In this document: positions 51,070-64,000 of the stretch, piece by piece
Layout: each line of letters begins with the position of its first letter
How positions within the stretch are numbered: position 1 is the first letter of the stretch
Assembly: GCA_963822585.1 (NCBI GenBank)
Contig: CAWGIE010000008.1
Coordinates: 32,001-96,000 of the forward strand
Reading direction: 5' to 3'
DNA from: an uncultured bacterium
GTDB lineage: Bacteria > Auribacterota > Erginobacteria > Erginobacterales > Erginobacteraceae
Length of the DNA stretch: 64,000 bases
Translations under genes and position numbers: made by a program
The notes under the pieces: generated by a model
What the model was told of the DNA's origin: nothing
What the model saw: the letters and a program-made list of their open reading frames with translations, nothing else
Database searches by the model: none

Positions 51070-51164
51070 TGGCCTGAGTGGATTCGTAACCAAGTGGTTC
51101 TGCGCCGGAGGCGCATCCGCCTCTGGCGCAGAATCCACTCAGGCCCATGGCCTGAGTGGATTCG
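51070..51164. repeat. Inverted and direct copies of the tRNA-Ile 3' end with a 30-bp hairpin insertion
   Basis: TGGCCTGAGTGGATTCG twice; AGTGGTTC[30 bp]GAATCCACTCAGGCCCA. Confidence 0.85.
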
Positions 51165-51246
51165 GAAGTAGGTTTTTTTGTTCTTTTAAAAGTAGAATAG
51201 ATTTGATACAACCATCCTTACATTTTTTGCGGTGCAAGAAATGTAA

Positions 51247-51319
51247 GGGGCTGTAGCTCAGATGGGAGAGCGCGGGCTTTGCAAGCCTGAGGTCAGGGGT
51301 TCGAACCCCCTCAGCTCCA
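51247..51319 (+). tRNA. tRNA-Ala (TGC), CCA not encoded
   Basis: GGGGCTG acceptor stem, anticodon loop TTTGCAA. Confidence 0.97.
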
Positions 51320-51488
51320 TGATCGTACATAAGACTGTCCCGTTCCGCGTCAGTTATGCGGACGCGGGCACGTTTTACGTTCTTTGACAATTTAGGTCAG
51401 GGTCTTAAGACATTCCGGTATCATTAATCTCCGGGAAGTCTTAAGTACTGCAAGAAGTCGAGGCGGATCGGTAAATATATTATTTACT

Positions 51489-54541
<3,053 letters not shown>

Positions 54542-54683
54542 AGTAATTTTTCTTTCTTCGAAAGAAAAATTAGTGAAAAGCTTCTGACTCAAAACAGTAA
54601 CCCTGACTTAAATTGGATTTGTGCTTTGGGGAAAAATTGTTGGCTTGAAAGAGCAATAATTTTTTTACGAAGCGAAAAAATTA

Positions 54684-54801
54684 GTCCCGTGACCATATCG
54701 AAGGGGAAACACCCGTTCCCATACCGAACACGGTCGTGAAGCCCTTCTGAGCCGATGGTACTTCCCGGGAAACTGGGGGGGAGAGTAGGTTGTTGCGGGG
54801 C
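54684..54801 (+). rRNA. rrf: 5S rRNA
   Basis: CACCCGTTCCCATACCGAAC, GCCGATGGTACT, GAGAGTAGG. Confidence 0.95.
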
Positions 54802-54802
54802 T

Positions 54803-54892
54803 ATTTTTTTGCCCGGATTCAACGGAATCCAGGCAAAAAAATAGTATTGTTCCCTACCCCGGACGGAGTAAGCTCCGTCCGGGGTTTTTTTT
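54803..54892 (+). terminator. Tandem hairpins terminating the rrn operon
   Basis: GCCCGGATTC..GAATCCAGGC, then CCCCGGACGGAG..CTCCGTCCGGGG followed by a T-run. Confidence 0.8.
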
Positions 54893-55084
54893 CAAAGGAA
54901 ATAACCCGGGTGTATTATGGAGCATTCGGAGACCTGCCGGTAACCCGGTAATCCCACGTTATTCCTGGAATGCCATTTCCGGTCTATTTCCCTATGTAAG
55001 TACAGGAGACTATTGACAGGAGAAGAGAAGTATCGTAGTTTAATAGTAGGATAATAAGATACTAATTATACTACGGAGGAAGCT

Positions 55085-55366
55085 ATGAAATTTGTACCGG
55101 TAAGGGATTTAAGAATCAAGCCCGGAGAAGTCTGGAAGAAGTTAGCGGCGGAAGACAATGTGGTAATTACCTCAAATGGCCGACCGAAGGCACTCATGAT
55201 AAAAATAGATGAGGATACTTTTGATGAATCAATAGCCGTATTACGTCGGGCCAAAGCCCTCATGGCTTTAGAGAGGCTTCATCGAACTGCCGTTTCGACC
55301 GGTCTTTCGAAGATGACGGCCCGGGAGATAGAGACGGAGATACATATGGCTCGCCGGGCGGAGTAA
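55085..55366 (+). CDS. Phd/YefM family antitoxin
   Basis: MKFVPVRDLR..VVITSNGRPKA. Confidence 0.9.
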   Translation: MKFVPVRDLRIKPGEVWKKLAAEDNVVITSNGRPKALMIKIDEDTFDESIAVLRRAKALMALERLHRTAVSTGLSKMTAREIETEIHMARRAE

Positions 55367-55368
55367 GA

Positions 55369-55779
55369 GTGAAGATAATTCTCGATACGAACATATTGGT
55401 TTCCGGCCTGCTGAATCCCCGGGGGAAACCCGCACGTATTCTCCGCCTTATTTTAAGCGGGTTGATAGATATTGCCGCTGACGAGCGGATTCTACTGGAG
55501 TATGAATCAGTATTAAAAAGACCGAAATTTTCAGCTATCAGGGAAGACGCGGAAATTGTCCTTAAAGAAATCCAGCTGTTGGCGGAGCGGATTGTGCCGA
55601 TGCCGCTAAAAGTGAAAATTCCCCACCCTGGTGATCTGCCCTTTCTCGAAGTAGCTCTTTCAGCCGGAGCGAAAGCGATTGTTACCGGTAATAAGCGTCA
55701 TTTCCCCCCTGTTATATACGGAGGTGTAATGGTCTGGAGCCCGAAAGAAATGCTGGATAATGTAACCGAAGAGATGTAA
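55369..55779 (+). CDS. PIN domain toxin
   Basis: IILDTNILVS, EY, D..FLE, IVTGN. Confidence 0.9.
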   Translation: MKIILDTNILVSGLLNPRGKPARILRLILSGLIDIAADERILLEYESVLKRPKFSAIREDAEIVLKEIQLLAERIVPMPLKVKIPHPGDLPFLEVALSAGAKAIVTGNKRHFPPVIYGGVMVWSPKEMLDNVTEEM

Positions 55780-55980
55780 TCGGTCAAAACTCGGATTAAA
55801 GAGGCGCCTTTATTAAGCGCGCCTTTTTGTTTTATTGACGCGGGCCCTCTTTTATAGTATTGGTTTGTTTTATTTCTGATTTCCGAACAAAAAGCTGGCA
55901 TTTTCGCCTTTTCGTCGGCGAGCCCCTGAAAGGTCTGATCGGTCCGACCAGTCCGTTAAGATCGAATGAGGAGGTCTGTC

Positions 55981-56271
55981 ATGTACGCCCAGTTGATCAC
56001 TATCTCCATCAAACCGGACAAGATTGATGAATTCCAGGAACTCTACGAGGAGTATATCAATCCCGAGATCAGGGTGCAGAAAGGATATAAAAACTTCTAC
56101 CTGCTGATTGATCGGAAGAAATCAAAGGCTTTATCTATTACCATTTGGGAAGATCAGACTTCTGCGGAAGCCAGCGAGGAGATTAATCTGTACCTTGAGC
56201 AGAGGGCTTCATATCCGCTCTACAGCGCTTCGCCGGTCCGTGAAGGATACGAAGTCGCCGTGAAAGACTGA
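55981..56271 (+). CDS. ABM (antibiotic biosynthesis monooxygenase)-like protein
   Basis: IKPDKIDEF..QKGY..SITIWED; GAGGAGG RBS. Confidence 0.8.
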   Translation: MYAQLITISIKPDKIDEFQELYEEYINPEIRVQKGYKNFYLLIDRKKSKALSITIWEDQTSAEASEEINLYLEQRASYPLYSASPVREGYEVAVKD

Positions 56272-56491
56272 ACTAATATTTTTTCTTCGAAAAAATATTA
56301 GTTGGGAAGCTTTTGGCTTATAAATAACGTATGCTTCAGGAGTAAAAAGTCGGCTTAGGTTATAATGCCTTTTAAAAGATGTTTCACCCCGAATCCTTCA
56401 TCAGGGTCGTCTCGATGATAATATCATGATTAAGCAATAGCTCCGACGAAGTCGGAGCCACTATTAAGTAGCGCCGGAGGCGCTAATTAAT

Positions 56492-57052
56492 ATGGCCAAC
56501 GCCAACGATTTAAAAAAAGGTAACGCCGTCCGGTATAAAGATGATATCTGCCTTGTGCTCGACCTCGATCGAGTCAAGCCGGGGAAAGGGGGAGCCTTCG
56601 TTCAGGCGGTCCTGCGTAATCTGCGGACCGGGCGTTCCGCCCAGGTCAGGTTCTCGTCTACCGAGACGGTTGATCTGATTACCCTGGTTAGGAAGAAACT
56701 GGAATACAGCTACCGGGACAGCCACGGCTATGTTTTTATGGACCCGGAGACATTCGATCAGATTACGGTTGATGGGAACCTGGTTGATTCATGCCGGGAT
56801 TACATCGTCGAGGGGGGGGAATACGACCTGGTCTTCGCCGAGGGGAATGTCCCCCTGCAGATAGAACTCCCTTCCAGCGTGGTGCTGAAGGTTGCCGAGG
56901 CGCCCGAAGGCGTCAAGGGAGACAGTGCCACCAATGTCCGGAAACCCGTCGTGCTGGAGACCGGCAAGGAAGTGAATGTCCCGCTCTTCATTCAGGAAGG
57001 GGAGAAGATAAAGATCGATACCCGGACCGGAGAATATCTCGGCCGGGCGTGA
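56492..57052 (+). CDS. efp: Elongation factor P
   Basis: KPGKGGAF, VPLFI, DTRTGEYLGRA. Confidence 0.97.
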   Translation: MANANDLKKGNAVRYKDDICLVLDLDRVKPGKGGAFVQAVLRNLRTGRSAQVRFSSTETVDLITLVRKKLEYSYRDSHGYVFMDPETFDQITVDGNLVDSCRDYIVEGGEYDLVFAEGNVPLQIELPSSVVLKVAEAPEGVKGDSATNVRKPVVLETGKEVNVPLFIQEGEKIKIDTRTGEYLGRA

Positions 57053-57238
57053 TGAACAAAGAATGAACGTCGAACGTCCAACGTTCAACGTCGAACATTC
57101 AATGAATTCAGGCTGGGTCAAGTTCTAATAATCCCTTCCCATCACATTCAATCGTCTGTTCCAAAAGGGGCCGGGGGGGGGCAATTACACCCGGATCGTT
57201 TGTTAATGTAAAAATACCGAGAGGAGATATCAGATATC

Positions 57239-59329
57239 ATGGCGGAATATGAGGTTAAGGACATTCGAACCATCGGGATTTTCGGCGGGAACGGCTGCGG
57301 GAAAACCACTTTGGCGGACGCCCTGATGTATAAGGCCGGGGCGAACACCCGCCAGGGGAGCGTGGATGAAGGCACCTCTCTCTCTGATACCGACGAGGAG
57401 GAAAAGGCCCGGAAAGGCAGTGTCCGCACCACCCCCTTAAACTGTTCCGTCGCCGGGAAGAATTTATTCCTTCTGGACACGCCGGGATATATGGACTTCT
57501 GGGGGGAGGTCATTGTGGCGCTGGAGGTGGTGGACAGTGTGCTGATCGTGGTGGACGGAACGGGCGAGATCGACACCGTCAGCCGGCGGATTTGGGACGA
57601 GGCCCGTTCCCGGAATCTACCGGTCGCTTTTTTCGTCAATAAGCTGGACAAGGAACATTCCCAGTTCTCGAAAGCTCTGGCCGGCATCCGCGATGAGCTG
57701 CGTGCCTCCGCTCTCCCCCTCTATCTCCCGGATGCAGATCACCCCTCCTTCTCCGGAGTCTGCGGGCTGCTCGACCGCGATGCCCCGGCCAAGATCGCCG
57801 GCGGTCTGAAAGATGAAATCGACGGTTTCCGGGAGAAGATGGTGGAAGTCGCCGCGGAGACGGATGACAGCCTGATCGAAAAATACCTGGAGAACGGTAC
57901 CCTGGACCCCGGAGAAATCCGAAATGGATTCCGGGCTGCTTTTGCCGGCGGTGGCGTCAATCCGATCTTCTGCGGCAGCGCCCTGACCGCCGTCGGGGTA
58001 GATGAACTTTTGAAAGGATTTTGCGATCTCTTTCCCTCTCCCGCCGATCGGGGGGAGATAACAGTCGGAGAAGACACACTCGCCCCCGGAAAAGATGCTC
58101 CTTTTTGCGCCCGGGTCTTCAAGAGCATCATCGATCCTTTTGTCGGACAGCTCTCCTATCTCCGGGTCTGGTCAGGCACACTGGAAGCGGAATCGGAGAT
58201 CTTCAACTCCGTCAGCGGCGCCCGGGAACGGGTCAGCCATTTATTCATCATCCAGGGCAAGGATCAGATAAAGATCTCTTCCGCCATCCCCGGGTACATC
58301 ATTGCCCTGACCAAACTGAAGGAAACATCGGTCGGAGATACCCTCTGCGGGGTGGGGAATAACTACCGGTTTCCCCCTTTCCGGTTTCCATCGCCGACCG
58401 CCCTGATGGCGGTGTATGCGAAAAACCGGGGGGATGAAGATAAGATCGCCGAGGGACTGCACAAGCTGATAGACGAAGATCCGACCCTGAAAGGGCGCCG
58501 CGATCCCCTGACAAAAGAGTACGTCCTCTCCGGCATGGGGGAAGTCCAGATCCAGATCGTGGTCAACCGGCTTCGCAGTAACTTCAATGTTGATGTCGAA
58601 TTGAAGACCCCGCGGGTTGCTTATAAAGAGACGCTGCGGGGAAGGGGAGATACCAAGTACCGGCACAAGAAGCAGACCGGGGGCGCGGGCCAGTTTGCCG
58701 AGGTCTGGATGCACGTTCAGGCATACACCCCCGGGGCGGAGGACGCGGAAGGCAAGGCGAAAAGGGAGCTGATTGAGCTCCCCTGGGGGGGGAAGCTACT
58801 TTTCTCCGATGAAGTAGTGGGAGGCCACATACCGGGTCAGCTGGTGCAGAGCGTCAAGAAAGGCTTTCTGTCCGCCCTGGAGAGCGGAGTCCTCGCCGGA
58901 TATCCCGTGATGGACGTTATCGCGACCGTCTATGACGGCAAGACCCATCCGGTCGACTCCAAGGACATCGCCTTTCAGATCGCGGGGCGCCAGGGTTTCA
59001 AAGAGTGCGCCCGGAACGCCCAACCGGTTTTGATGGAGCCGATCATGAATGTCGCCATCACCGTCCCCACCGAATACATGGGTACCGTTACCGGCGATCT
59101 GAATTCCCGGCGCGGCCGCATCCTGGGGATGACGCCCGACGGTTCCCGCCAGATCGTGAGTGCCCAGGTGCCGATGGCGGAGATGTTGAAGTATACCCCG
59201 GAACTCCGTTCATTGACCGGGGGCAAAGGGGTTTTTACGATGGAGTTCGAGGGGTATGAGGAAGTCCCTGCCAATATCGCTCAAAAGGTAATCGCGCTGG
59301 CAAAGAAAGAAGAGGAAGAAGAGGGATAG
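57239..59329 (+). CDS. Elongation factor G paralogue (EF-G2 type)
   Basis: GGNGCGKTT, DTPGY, NKLD, KQTGGAGQF, GDLNSRRG; divergent switch I. Confidence 0.9.
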   Translation: MAEYEVKDIRTIGIFGGNGCGKTTLADALMYKAGANTRQGSVDEGTSLSDTDEEEKARKGSVRTTPLNCSVAGKNLFLLDTPGYMDFWGEVIVALEVVDSVLIVVDGTGEIDTVSRRIWDEARSRNLPVAFFVNKLDKEHSQFSKALAGIRDELRASALPLYLPDADHPSFSGVCGLLDRDAPAKIAGGLKDEIDGFREKMVEVAAETDDSLIEKYLENGTLDPGEIRNGFRAAFAGGGVNPIFCGSALTAVGVDELLKGFCDLFPSPADRGEITVGEDTLAPGKDAPFCARVFKSIIDPFVGQLSYLRVWSGTLEAESEIFNSVSGARERVSHLFIIQGKDQIKISSAIPGYIIALTKLKETSVGDTLCGVGNNYRFPPFRFPSPTALMAVYAKNRGDEDKIAEGLHKLIDEDPTLKGRRDPLTKEYVLSGMGEVQIQIVVNRLRSNFNVDVELKTPRVAYKETLRGRGDTKYRHKKQTGGAGQFAEVWMHVQAYTPGAEDAEGKAKRELIELPWGGKLLFSDEVVGGHIPGQLVQSVKKGFLSALESGVLAGYPVMDVIATVYDGKTHPVDSKDIAFQIAGRQGFKECARNAQPVLMEPIMNVAITVPTEYMGTVTGDLNSRRGRILGMTPDGSRQIVSAQVPMAEMLKYTPELRSLTGGKGVFTMEFEGYEEVPANIAQKVIALAKKEEEEEG

Positions 59330-59586
59330 AGCTTACTCGCCAAGCTCGTAAGCTCACAGATCCTAATTTCTAATACCTAAATCCTAAATAATTTCAAATG
59401 GCCAAAATGAAAAATTCAAAATAGGCGCCTGGAGCCGGCGATGTTTGCAACATTCGGTTATTTGGATTTTGAATTTGTTTAGGATTTCGAAATTAGGATT
59501 TAGGATTTCCTCATTTTGGAAATGTATATAGTGTTTGGGATAACCTAATAACATTAAAATTATTTAAGGAATGTTGGAGATAATCC

Positions 59587-60339
59587 ATGAGCGGTCATTC
59601 AAAATGGGCGAGCATCAAACATAAGAAAGGGGCGAAGGACGCGAAACGCGGAAAGCTTTTCAGCAAGCTTGTTAAAGAGATTACCGTGGCCGCCCGGCTT
59701 GGCGGAGGAGACATCGCCGCCAATATCCAGCTGCGATCCATGATCCAGACTGCCCGGGACGCCAACATGCCGTTGGAGAATATCGACCGGGCCATTAAAA
59801 AAGGAACCGGCGAGCTGCCCGGGGTCAGTTACGAGGAATCAGTGTATGAGGGATACGGTCCGGGCGGCGTCGCTATCCTGATCCGGACGTTGACCGATAA
59901 CCGGAACCGGACCATCGCCGAGATCAGGCACATCTTTGACCGGAAGGGGGGCAGCATAGCCGGCCCGGGCAGCGTATCATATCTGTTTGAGAAGAAAGGC
60001 GTTTTGAATGTGAGCGCCGCCGGGGTAGATGAGGAAGCGCTGTTCTCTCTGGTCCTGGAAGCGGGGGCGGAAGACTTCAAGGCCGAGGGGGACGAATTCG
60101 AGATTTATACCGATCCGTCCGACTTCGAGGCGGTGAAGAGCGCTCTGCAGGAGAAGGGGCATCGGATCATTCACGGAGAAGTCACCGAGATCCCCACCAA
60201 TGAAGTTCCCGTCCAGGGGAATGAAGCGCGCCGTGTTCTCGGGCTGCTTGAAGAACTGGAAGATCATGACGATGTCCAGAATGTCTATTCCAACTGTGAT
60301 ATCCCCGAGGAGATTCTTGCCGAGAGCGAGTCGGAATAG
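59587..60339 (+). CDS. yebC: YebC/PmpR family protein
   Basis: MSGHSKW, YEGYGPGG, TDNRNRT, DDVQNVY. Confidence 0.97.
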   Translation: MSGHSKWASIKHKKGAKDAKRGKLFSKLVKEITVAARLGGGDIAANIQLRSMIQTARDANMPLENIDRAIKKGTGELPGVSYEESVYEGYGPGGVAILIRTLTDNRNRTIAEIRHIFDRKGGSIAGPGSVSYLFEKKGVLNVSAAGVDEEALFSLVLEAGAEDFKAEGDEFEIYTDPSDFEAVKSALQEKGHRIIHGEVTEIPTNEVPVQGNEARRVLGLLEELEDHDDVQNVYSNCDIPEEILAESESE

Positions 60340-60341
60340 CC

Positions 60342-60842
60342 GTGATCCCGAATGCCCTTCGCATCATCGCCGTCGATCCCGGAATTAATGTGACCGGTTA
60401 TGGTGTTCTCGAGAAACAGGGTCAGGATATAATCCTTCTGGCCGCCGGTACGATTACCGGTACCAGGAGAAAAACTTCAGCGGAAAAGCTGGCCCGTATC
60501 CACTCCGCCATAGAGGAACTGCTCGATCGTTATGATCCCCGGAGATTTGTTCTCGAAGACGTTTTTTATCATAAGAACATCAGATCGACATTAGCTCTGG
60601 GTGAGGTACGGGGTGTGTGCCGACTGGCCGCTGCGTGCCGGGATATCCCCATCTATACCTATGCCGCCCGCCGGGTCAAGAAATCCGTGGTCGGGAACGG
60701 CGCTGCTGATAAAAAACAGGTCCAGAAAATGGTTCAGGTTCTGCTGAAACTGGATGAGCCGCCGGCCCCGCTCGATGTCTCCGACGCTCTGGCCCTGGGA
60801 ATTACCTATTTCCAAGACAGCAGTATATCCGGGGAAAGATAA
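60342..60842 (+). CDS. ruvC: Holliday junction resolvase
   Basis: AVDPG, VKKSVVGNG, DVSDALA. Confidence 0.95.
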   Translation: MIPNALRIIAVDPGINVTGYGVLEKQGQDIILLAAGTITGTRRKTSAEKLARIHSAIEELLDRYDPRRFVLEDVFYHKNIRSTLALGEVRGVCRLAAACRDIPIYTYAARRVKKSVVGNGAADKKQVQKMVQVLLKLDEPPAPLDVSDALALGITYFQDSSISGER

Positions 60843-60854
60843 GAAGTTTGAACA

Positions 60855-61454
60855 ATGATTGAATACCTGAAAGGCACACTGATCAGCTCGGCTCCCGATT
60901 ACGCCGTGGTGGAGGTAAACGATATCGGCTATCGCCTCTTCATCCCGGTCAGCACGTTTGAACAACTTCCGGTCCCCGGAACGGCACTGACCATTCTTAC
61001 TCATCTTTACGTTCGTGAAGATGAGCAAACTCTTTATGGTTTCGCCACCGGGGAGGAGAGAGAACTCTTCAGAATGCTTCTCGGTGTCTCGAGAATAGGA
61101 CCGAGAGTAGCTCTCGGCGTGCTCGGCGGGATCCCTGTCTCCACCTTCCAGACGGCGGTTGTGTCCGGCGACATCGACCTCCTGGCTTCGATCCACGGAA
61201 TCGGGAAAAAAACCGCGGAACGGCTGGTTCTCGAATTGAAGGATAAGATCACGCTCCTTCCCCGTCTCCGCGAAGCGGTGGGACAGGCCGGCCTTGATGG
61301 CGCCGAGGATAAAATCGCTGACGTGATGCGGGCGCTGCTCTCTTTGGGCTACCGGCAGGTGGTTGCCCACAGAGCGTTGACGCAGGCCCTGGCCGCCTCC
61401 GAACCCGGTTGGCCGGTAGAAAGATTGTTAAAGGAAGCATTGAAGTATCTATGA
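60855..61454 (+). CDS. ruvA: Holliday junction branch migration protein
   Basis: [21 protein letters not shown]. Confidence 0.96.
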   Translation: MIEYLKGTLISSAPDYAVVEVNDIGYRLFIPVSTFEQLPVPGTALTILTHLYVREDEQTLYGFATGEERELFRMLLGVSRIGPRVALGVLGGIPVSTFQTAVVSGDIDLLASIHGIGKKTAERLVLELKDKITLLPRLREAVGQAGLDGAEDKIADVMRALLSLGYRQVVAHRALTQALAASEPGWPVERLLKEALKYL

Positions 61455-62470
61455 GTGAACGGTTCATCAATCAGACACTGAAAGAACGGGACACGTTGTT
61501 CGATCAGAAGATTCGCCCCGCCGCCTTTGATCAGTTTACCGGCCAGGCCAAACTCAAGGAGCGGCTCCAGATCGCCCTCCAGGCCGCCCGGGGGCGGAAC
61601 GAGCCCCTGGAGCACCTCCTCTTCTTCGGTCCTCCCGGACTCGGGAAGACTACCCTGGCTTATATCATCGCCGCGGAGATGAATTGTGATATCAAACCCA
61701 CGTCGGGGCCCACCATCGATAAACCGGGAGATCTGGCGGGCCTTTTAACCAACCTCAAAGAGGGGGACATCCTGTTCATTGATGAGATACATCGCCTGAC
61801 CCATATCGTGGAGGAATATCTTTACCCGGCCATGGAGGATTTCGTGATCGATATCATGATCGATCAGGGCCCATCGGCCCGCTCGGTACGTCTCAATCTC
61901 GCTCATTTTACCCTCGTCGGCGCGACCACCAGATACGGTCTGCTGACGGCGCCTCTGCGAAGTCGTTTCGGACTGGTCAACCGGCTGGATTTTTACCGGC
62001 CGGAAGAGCTGAAGGAGATTGTCCTCCGCTCGGCCGGTATTCTTCAGGTCGACATTACCGGGGATGGCGCCATGGAGATCGCCCGTCGCTCGCGGGGAAC
62101 GCCCCGGATCGCCAATTCCCTTCTCAAGCGGGTGAGAGATTATGCCCAGGTCAGGGCGGACAACCGGATCACCCCGGAGATCGCTCATCTGGCCCTGAGC
62201 ATGCTGGACGTCGATGAGAAAGGCCTTGATGAAATGGACAAGCGCATCCTGGAAACGATCATCTTGAAGTTTAACGGGGGGCCGGTCGGGATCGAGACCA
62301 TCGCCGTCGCCATCGGCGAAGAATGCGAAACCCTGGCCGAAGTGTATGAACCGTACCTGATTCAGCAGGGATACCTCAAGCGCACCCGCACCGGCCGCTG
62401 CGCCACCCCTCTCGCTTACAGCCACCTCGGTATTGACCTCCCTCCCTCATCTCAAGCCGAGATGTTTTAA
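61451..62470 (+). CDS. ruvB: Holliday junction branch migration ATPase
   Basis: [23 protein letters not shown]. Confidence 0.97.
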   Translation: MSERFINQTLKERDTLFDQKIRPAAFDQFTGQAKLKERLQIALQAARGRNEPLEHLLFFGPPGLGKTTLAYIIAAEMNCDIKPTSGPTIDKPGDLAGLLTNLKEGDILFIDEIHRLTHIVEEYLYPAMEDFVIDIMIDQGPSARSVRLNLAHFTLVGATTRYGLLTAPLRSRFGLVNRLDFYRPEELKEIVLRSAGILQVDITGDGAMEIARRSRGTPRIANSLLKRVRDYAQVRADNRITPEIAHLALSMLDVDEKGLDEMDKRILETIILKFNGGPVGIETIAVAIGEECETLAEVYEPYLIQQGYLKRTRTGRCATPLAYSHLGIDLPPSSQAEMF

Positions 62471-62555
62471 CCACGAAGATCACGAAGGAAATATAAATAG
62501 GTAAGACGGTGGTGATTCTTCCTGATGCCTTCGTGTCCTTCGTGGTTTCATACCA

Positions 62556-63110
62556 ATGTTAATGAAAATACTGATGCATATCTGCTGCGGGCCCTGCGCC
62601 ACCTATCCCTTCAAGATCCTTTCCGAAGAGGGACATCAGGTTGACGGCTATTTCTATAACCCCAACATCCACCCTTACCGGGAACACCTCAAGCGCGAAG
62701 AAGCCGTCGCCCAGTACGCGAAAGAGACGGGCATGAAGGTAATCTTTTCTCCCCGCTATGATGTGAAAGAGTTCTTCCGTCTGACGGCTTTCCGGGAGGC
62801 TGACCGCTGCCGTTACTGTTATTATCTGCGTCTGAGACAGGCCGCCGCGGTTGCCCGGAAAGGGCGCTACGATGCGTTTACCACCACTTTATTGATCAGC
62901 AAGCAGCAGAAGCATGAACTGGCCCGGAAGATCGCCGAAGACGTTTCCCGGGAGACGGGGGTCGAATTTCTCTACCGGGATTTTCGGGAAGGATGGAAGG
63001 AGCACTGGGAATTGACCGAGAAGTACGGCCTCTACAAGCAGCAGTACTGTGGCTGCCTCTACAGCGAATACGAGCGTTTTAAATTTTCCGGGGAAAATTT
63101 AAAACAATGA
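62556..63110 (+). CDS. queH: Epoxyqueuosine reductase QueH
   Basis: HICCGPC, YNPNIHP, RCRYCY, QQYCGC. Confidence 0.93.
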   Translation: MLMKILMHICCGPCATYPFKILSEEGHQVDGYFYNPNIHPYREHLKREEAVAQYAKETGMKVIFSPRYDVKEFFRLTAFREADRCRYCYYLRLRQAAAVARKGRYDAFTTTLLISKQQKHELARKIAEDVSRETGVEFLYRDFREGWKEHWELTEKYGLYKQQYCGCLYSEYERFKFSGENLKQ

Positions 63111-64000
63111 AGACTGCGGATTTCGATTACGATCTTCCCCCCGAATTGATCGCCCAGCATCCTGCCGGGAAGAGAGAAGACGCCCGCCTGCTGGTTCTCG
63201 ATAAAAAAACCGGGGATATCGCCCACCGCGCTTTCCCGGATATACTGACCCATTTCCAGAAAGGAGACCTGCTGGTTCTCAATAATGCCCGCGTCATCCC
63301 CGCCCGGCTTTACGGGCGGAGAATACCGACCGGCGGCAGAACGGAGATATTGCTCCTGCAACCGGCGGACGAAAGCGGCTGGGATGCCCTGATCAGACCC
63401 GCCCGCCGGGCCCGACCGGGGACGGAGATCGATTTCGGGAAAGGGATCATCGGCGTGATCCGGGAGCGGTCGGAGGGAAAGGTCATCATTGATTTTCCCG
63501 GGATCGGCGATATTCTCGAAGCGATAGAAGAGGTCGGTCTTCCCCCCTTGCCTCCCTATATCAAGCGTGATCCGGAAAACTACCCCGACACCCTGCGTCG
63601 CCTTGACCGGGAGAGATACCAGACCATCTTCGCGGAAAAACCGGGGGCCGTCGCCGCCCCGACCGCCGGTTTTCACTTTACCGGGGAACTTCTGGAGGCG
63701 GTCAGAAATAAGGGCGTGGGGATCGCCTCTGTCACGCTCTCCGTCGGCTACGGCACCTTCCAACCGGTCAAGTCCGATCTGGTGGAAGAGCACCGGATGC
63801 ACGAAGAGCATTATGAGGTAAGCGAAGATACCGCGGACCGGATTAACGGCAGCCGGGGCCGGCTCTGGGTGGTAGGGACCACGACGGTGCGCGCCCTGGA
63901 GAGCGCCGCCCGGGATGACGGAAGCGTAAAACCCGGCGCCGCCTCAACCGGTATCTTTATCTATCCGGGCTACCGCTTCAAGACGGATTTTAACCTGATA
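63107..64000 (+). CDS. queA: tRNA preQ1 S-adenosylmethionine ribosyltransferase-isomerase (runs off window end)
   Basis: Manual translation: MKTADFDYDLPPELIAQHP, PLPPYIKR, YQTIFA, AAPTAG, GTTTVRALES. Confidence 0.95.
   Translation, partial: MKTADFDYDLPPELIAQHPAGKREDARLLVLDKKTGDIAHRAFPDILTHFQKGDLLVLNNARVIPARLYGRRIPTGGRTEILLLQPADESGWDALIRPARRARPGTEIDFGKGIIGVIRERSEGKVIIDFPGIGDILEAIEEVGLPPLPPYIKRDPENYPDTLRRLDRERYQTIFAEKPGAVAAPTAGFHFTGELLEAVRNKGVGIASVTLSVGYGTFQPVKSDLVEEHRMHEEHYEVSEDTADRINGSRGRLWVVGTTTVRALESAARDDGSVKPGAASTGIFIYPGYRFKTDFNLI

Overview
Bacterial chromosomal window with GC-rich genes and AT-rich spacers. The rRNA signatures look PVC-superphylum-like (inference). Left half (1-31 kb) is accessory/envelope: LemA pair, a Cas4/RecB-like nuclease, a GT-C-like membrane protein, two tandem paralogues that look like AEP primase (PriS-like) plus PriL-type 4-Cys fusions, a PAS hybrid kinase, three secreted proteins sharing a six-repeat FG-GAP/VCBS-like C-terminal module around a sulfatase-TPR / TMTC-like glycosyltransferase pair, an orphan Cys-rich RiPP-like peptide, and a secretin-N/holin-like fusion. 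Right half is housekeeping: radC, xerD, cca, trpS, scpAB, pheA, archaeal-type aroA'/aroB', tyrA, cmk, rpsA, tyrS, a full rrn operon (16S-Ile-Ala-23S-5S), a Phd/PIN TA pair, efp, an EF-G paralogue, yebC, ruvCAB, queH and queA. Most intergenic gaps carry palindromic repeat elements from about ten families. These include three ~290-bp elements whose terminal hairpin loops occur in flip/flop orientations, a 276-bp MITE, and a duplicated, inverted tRNA-Ile 3' end. All calls come from motif reading by eye; no searches were run.
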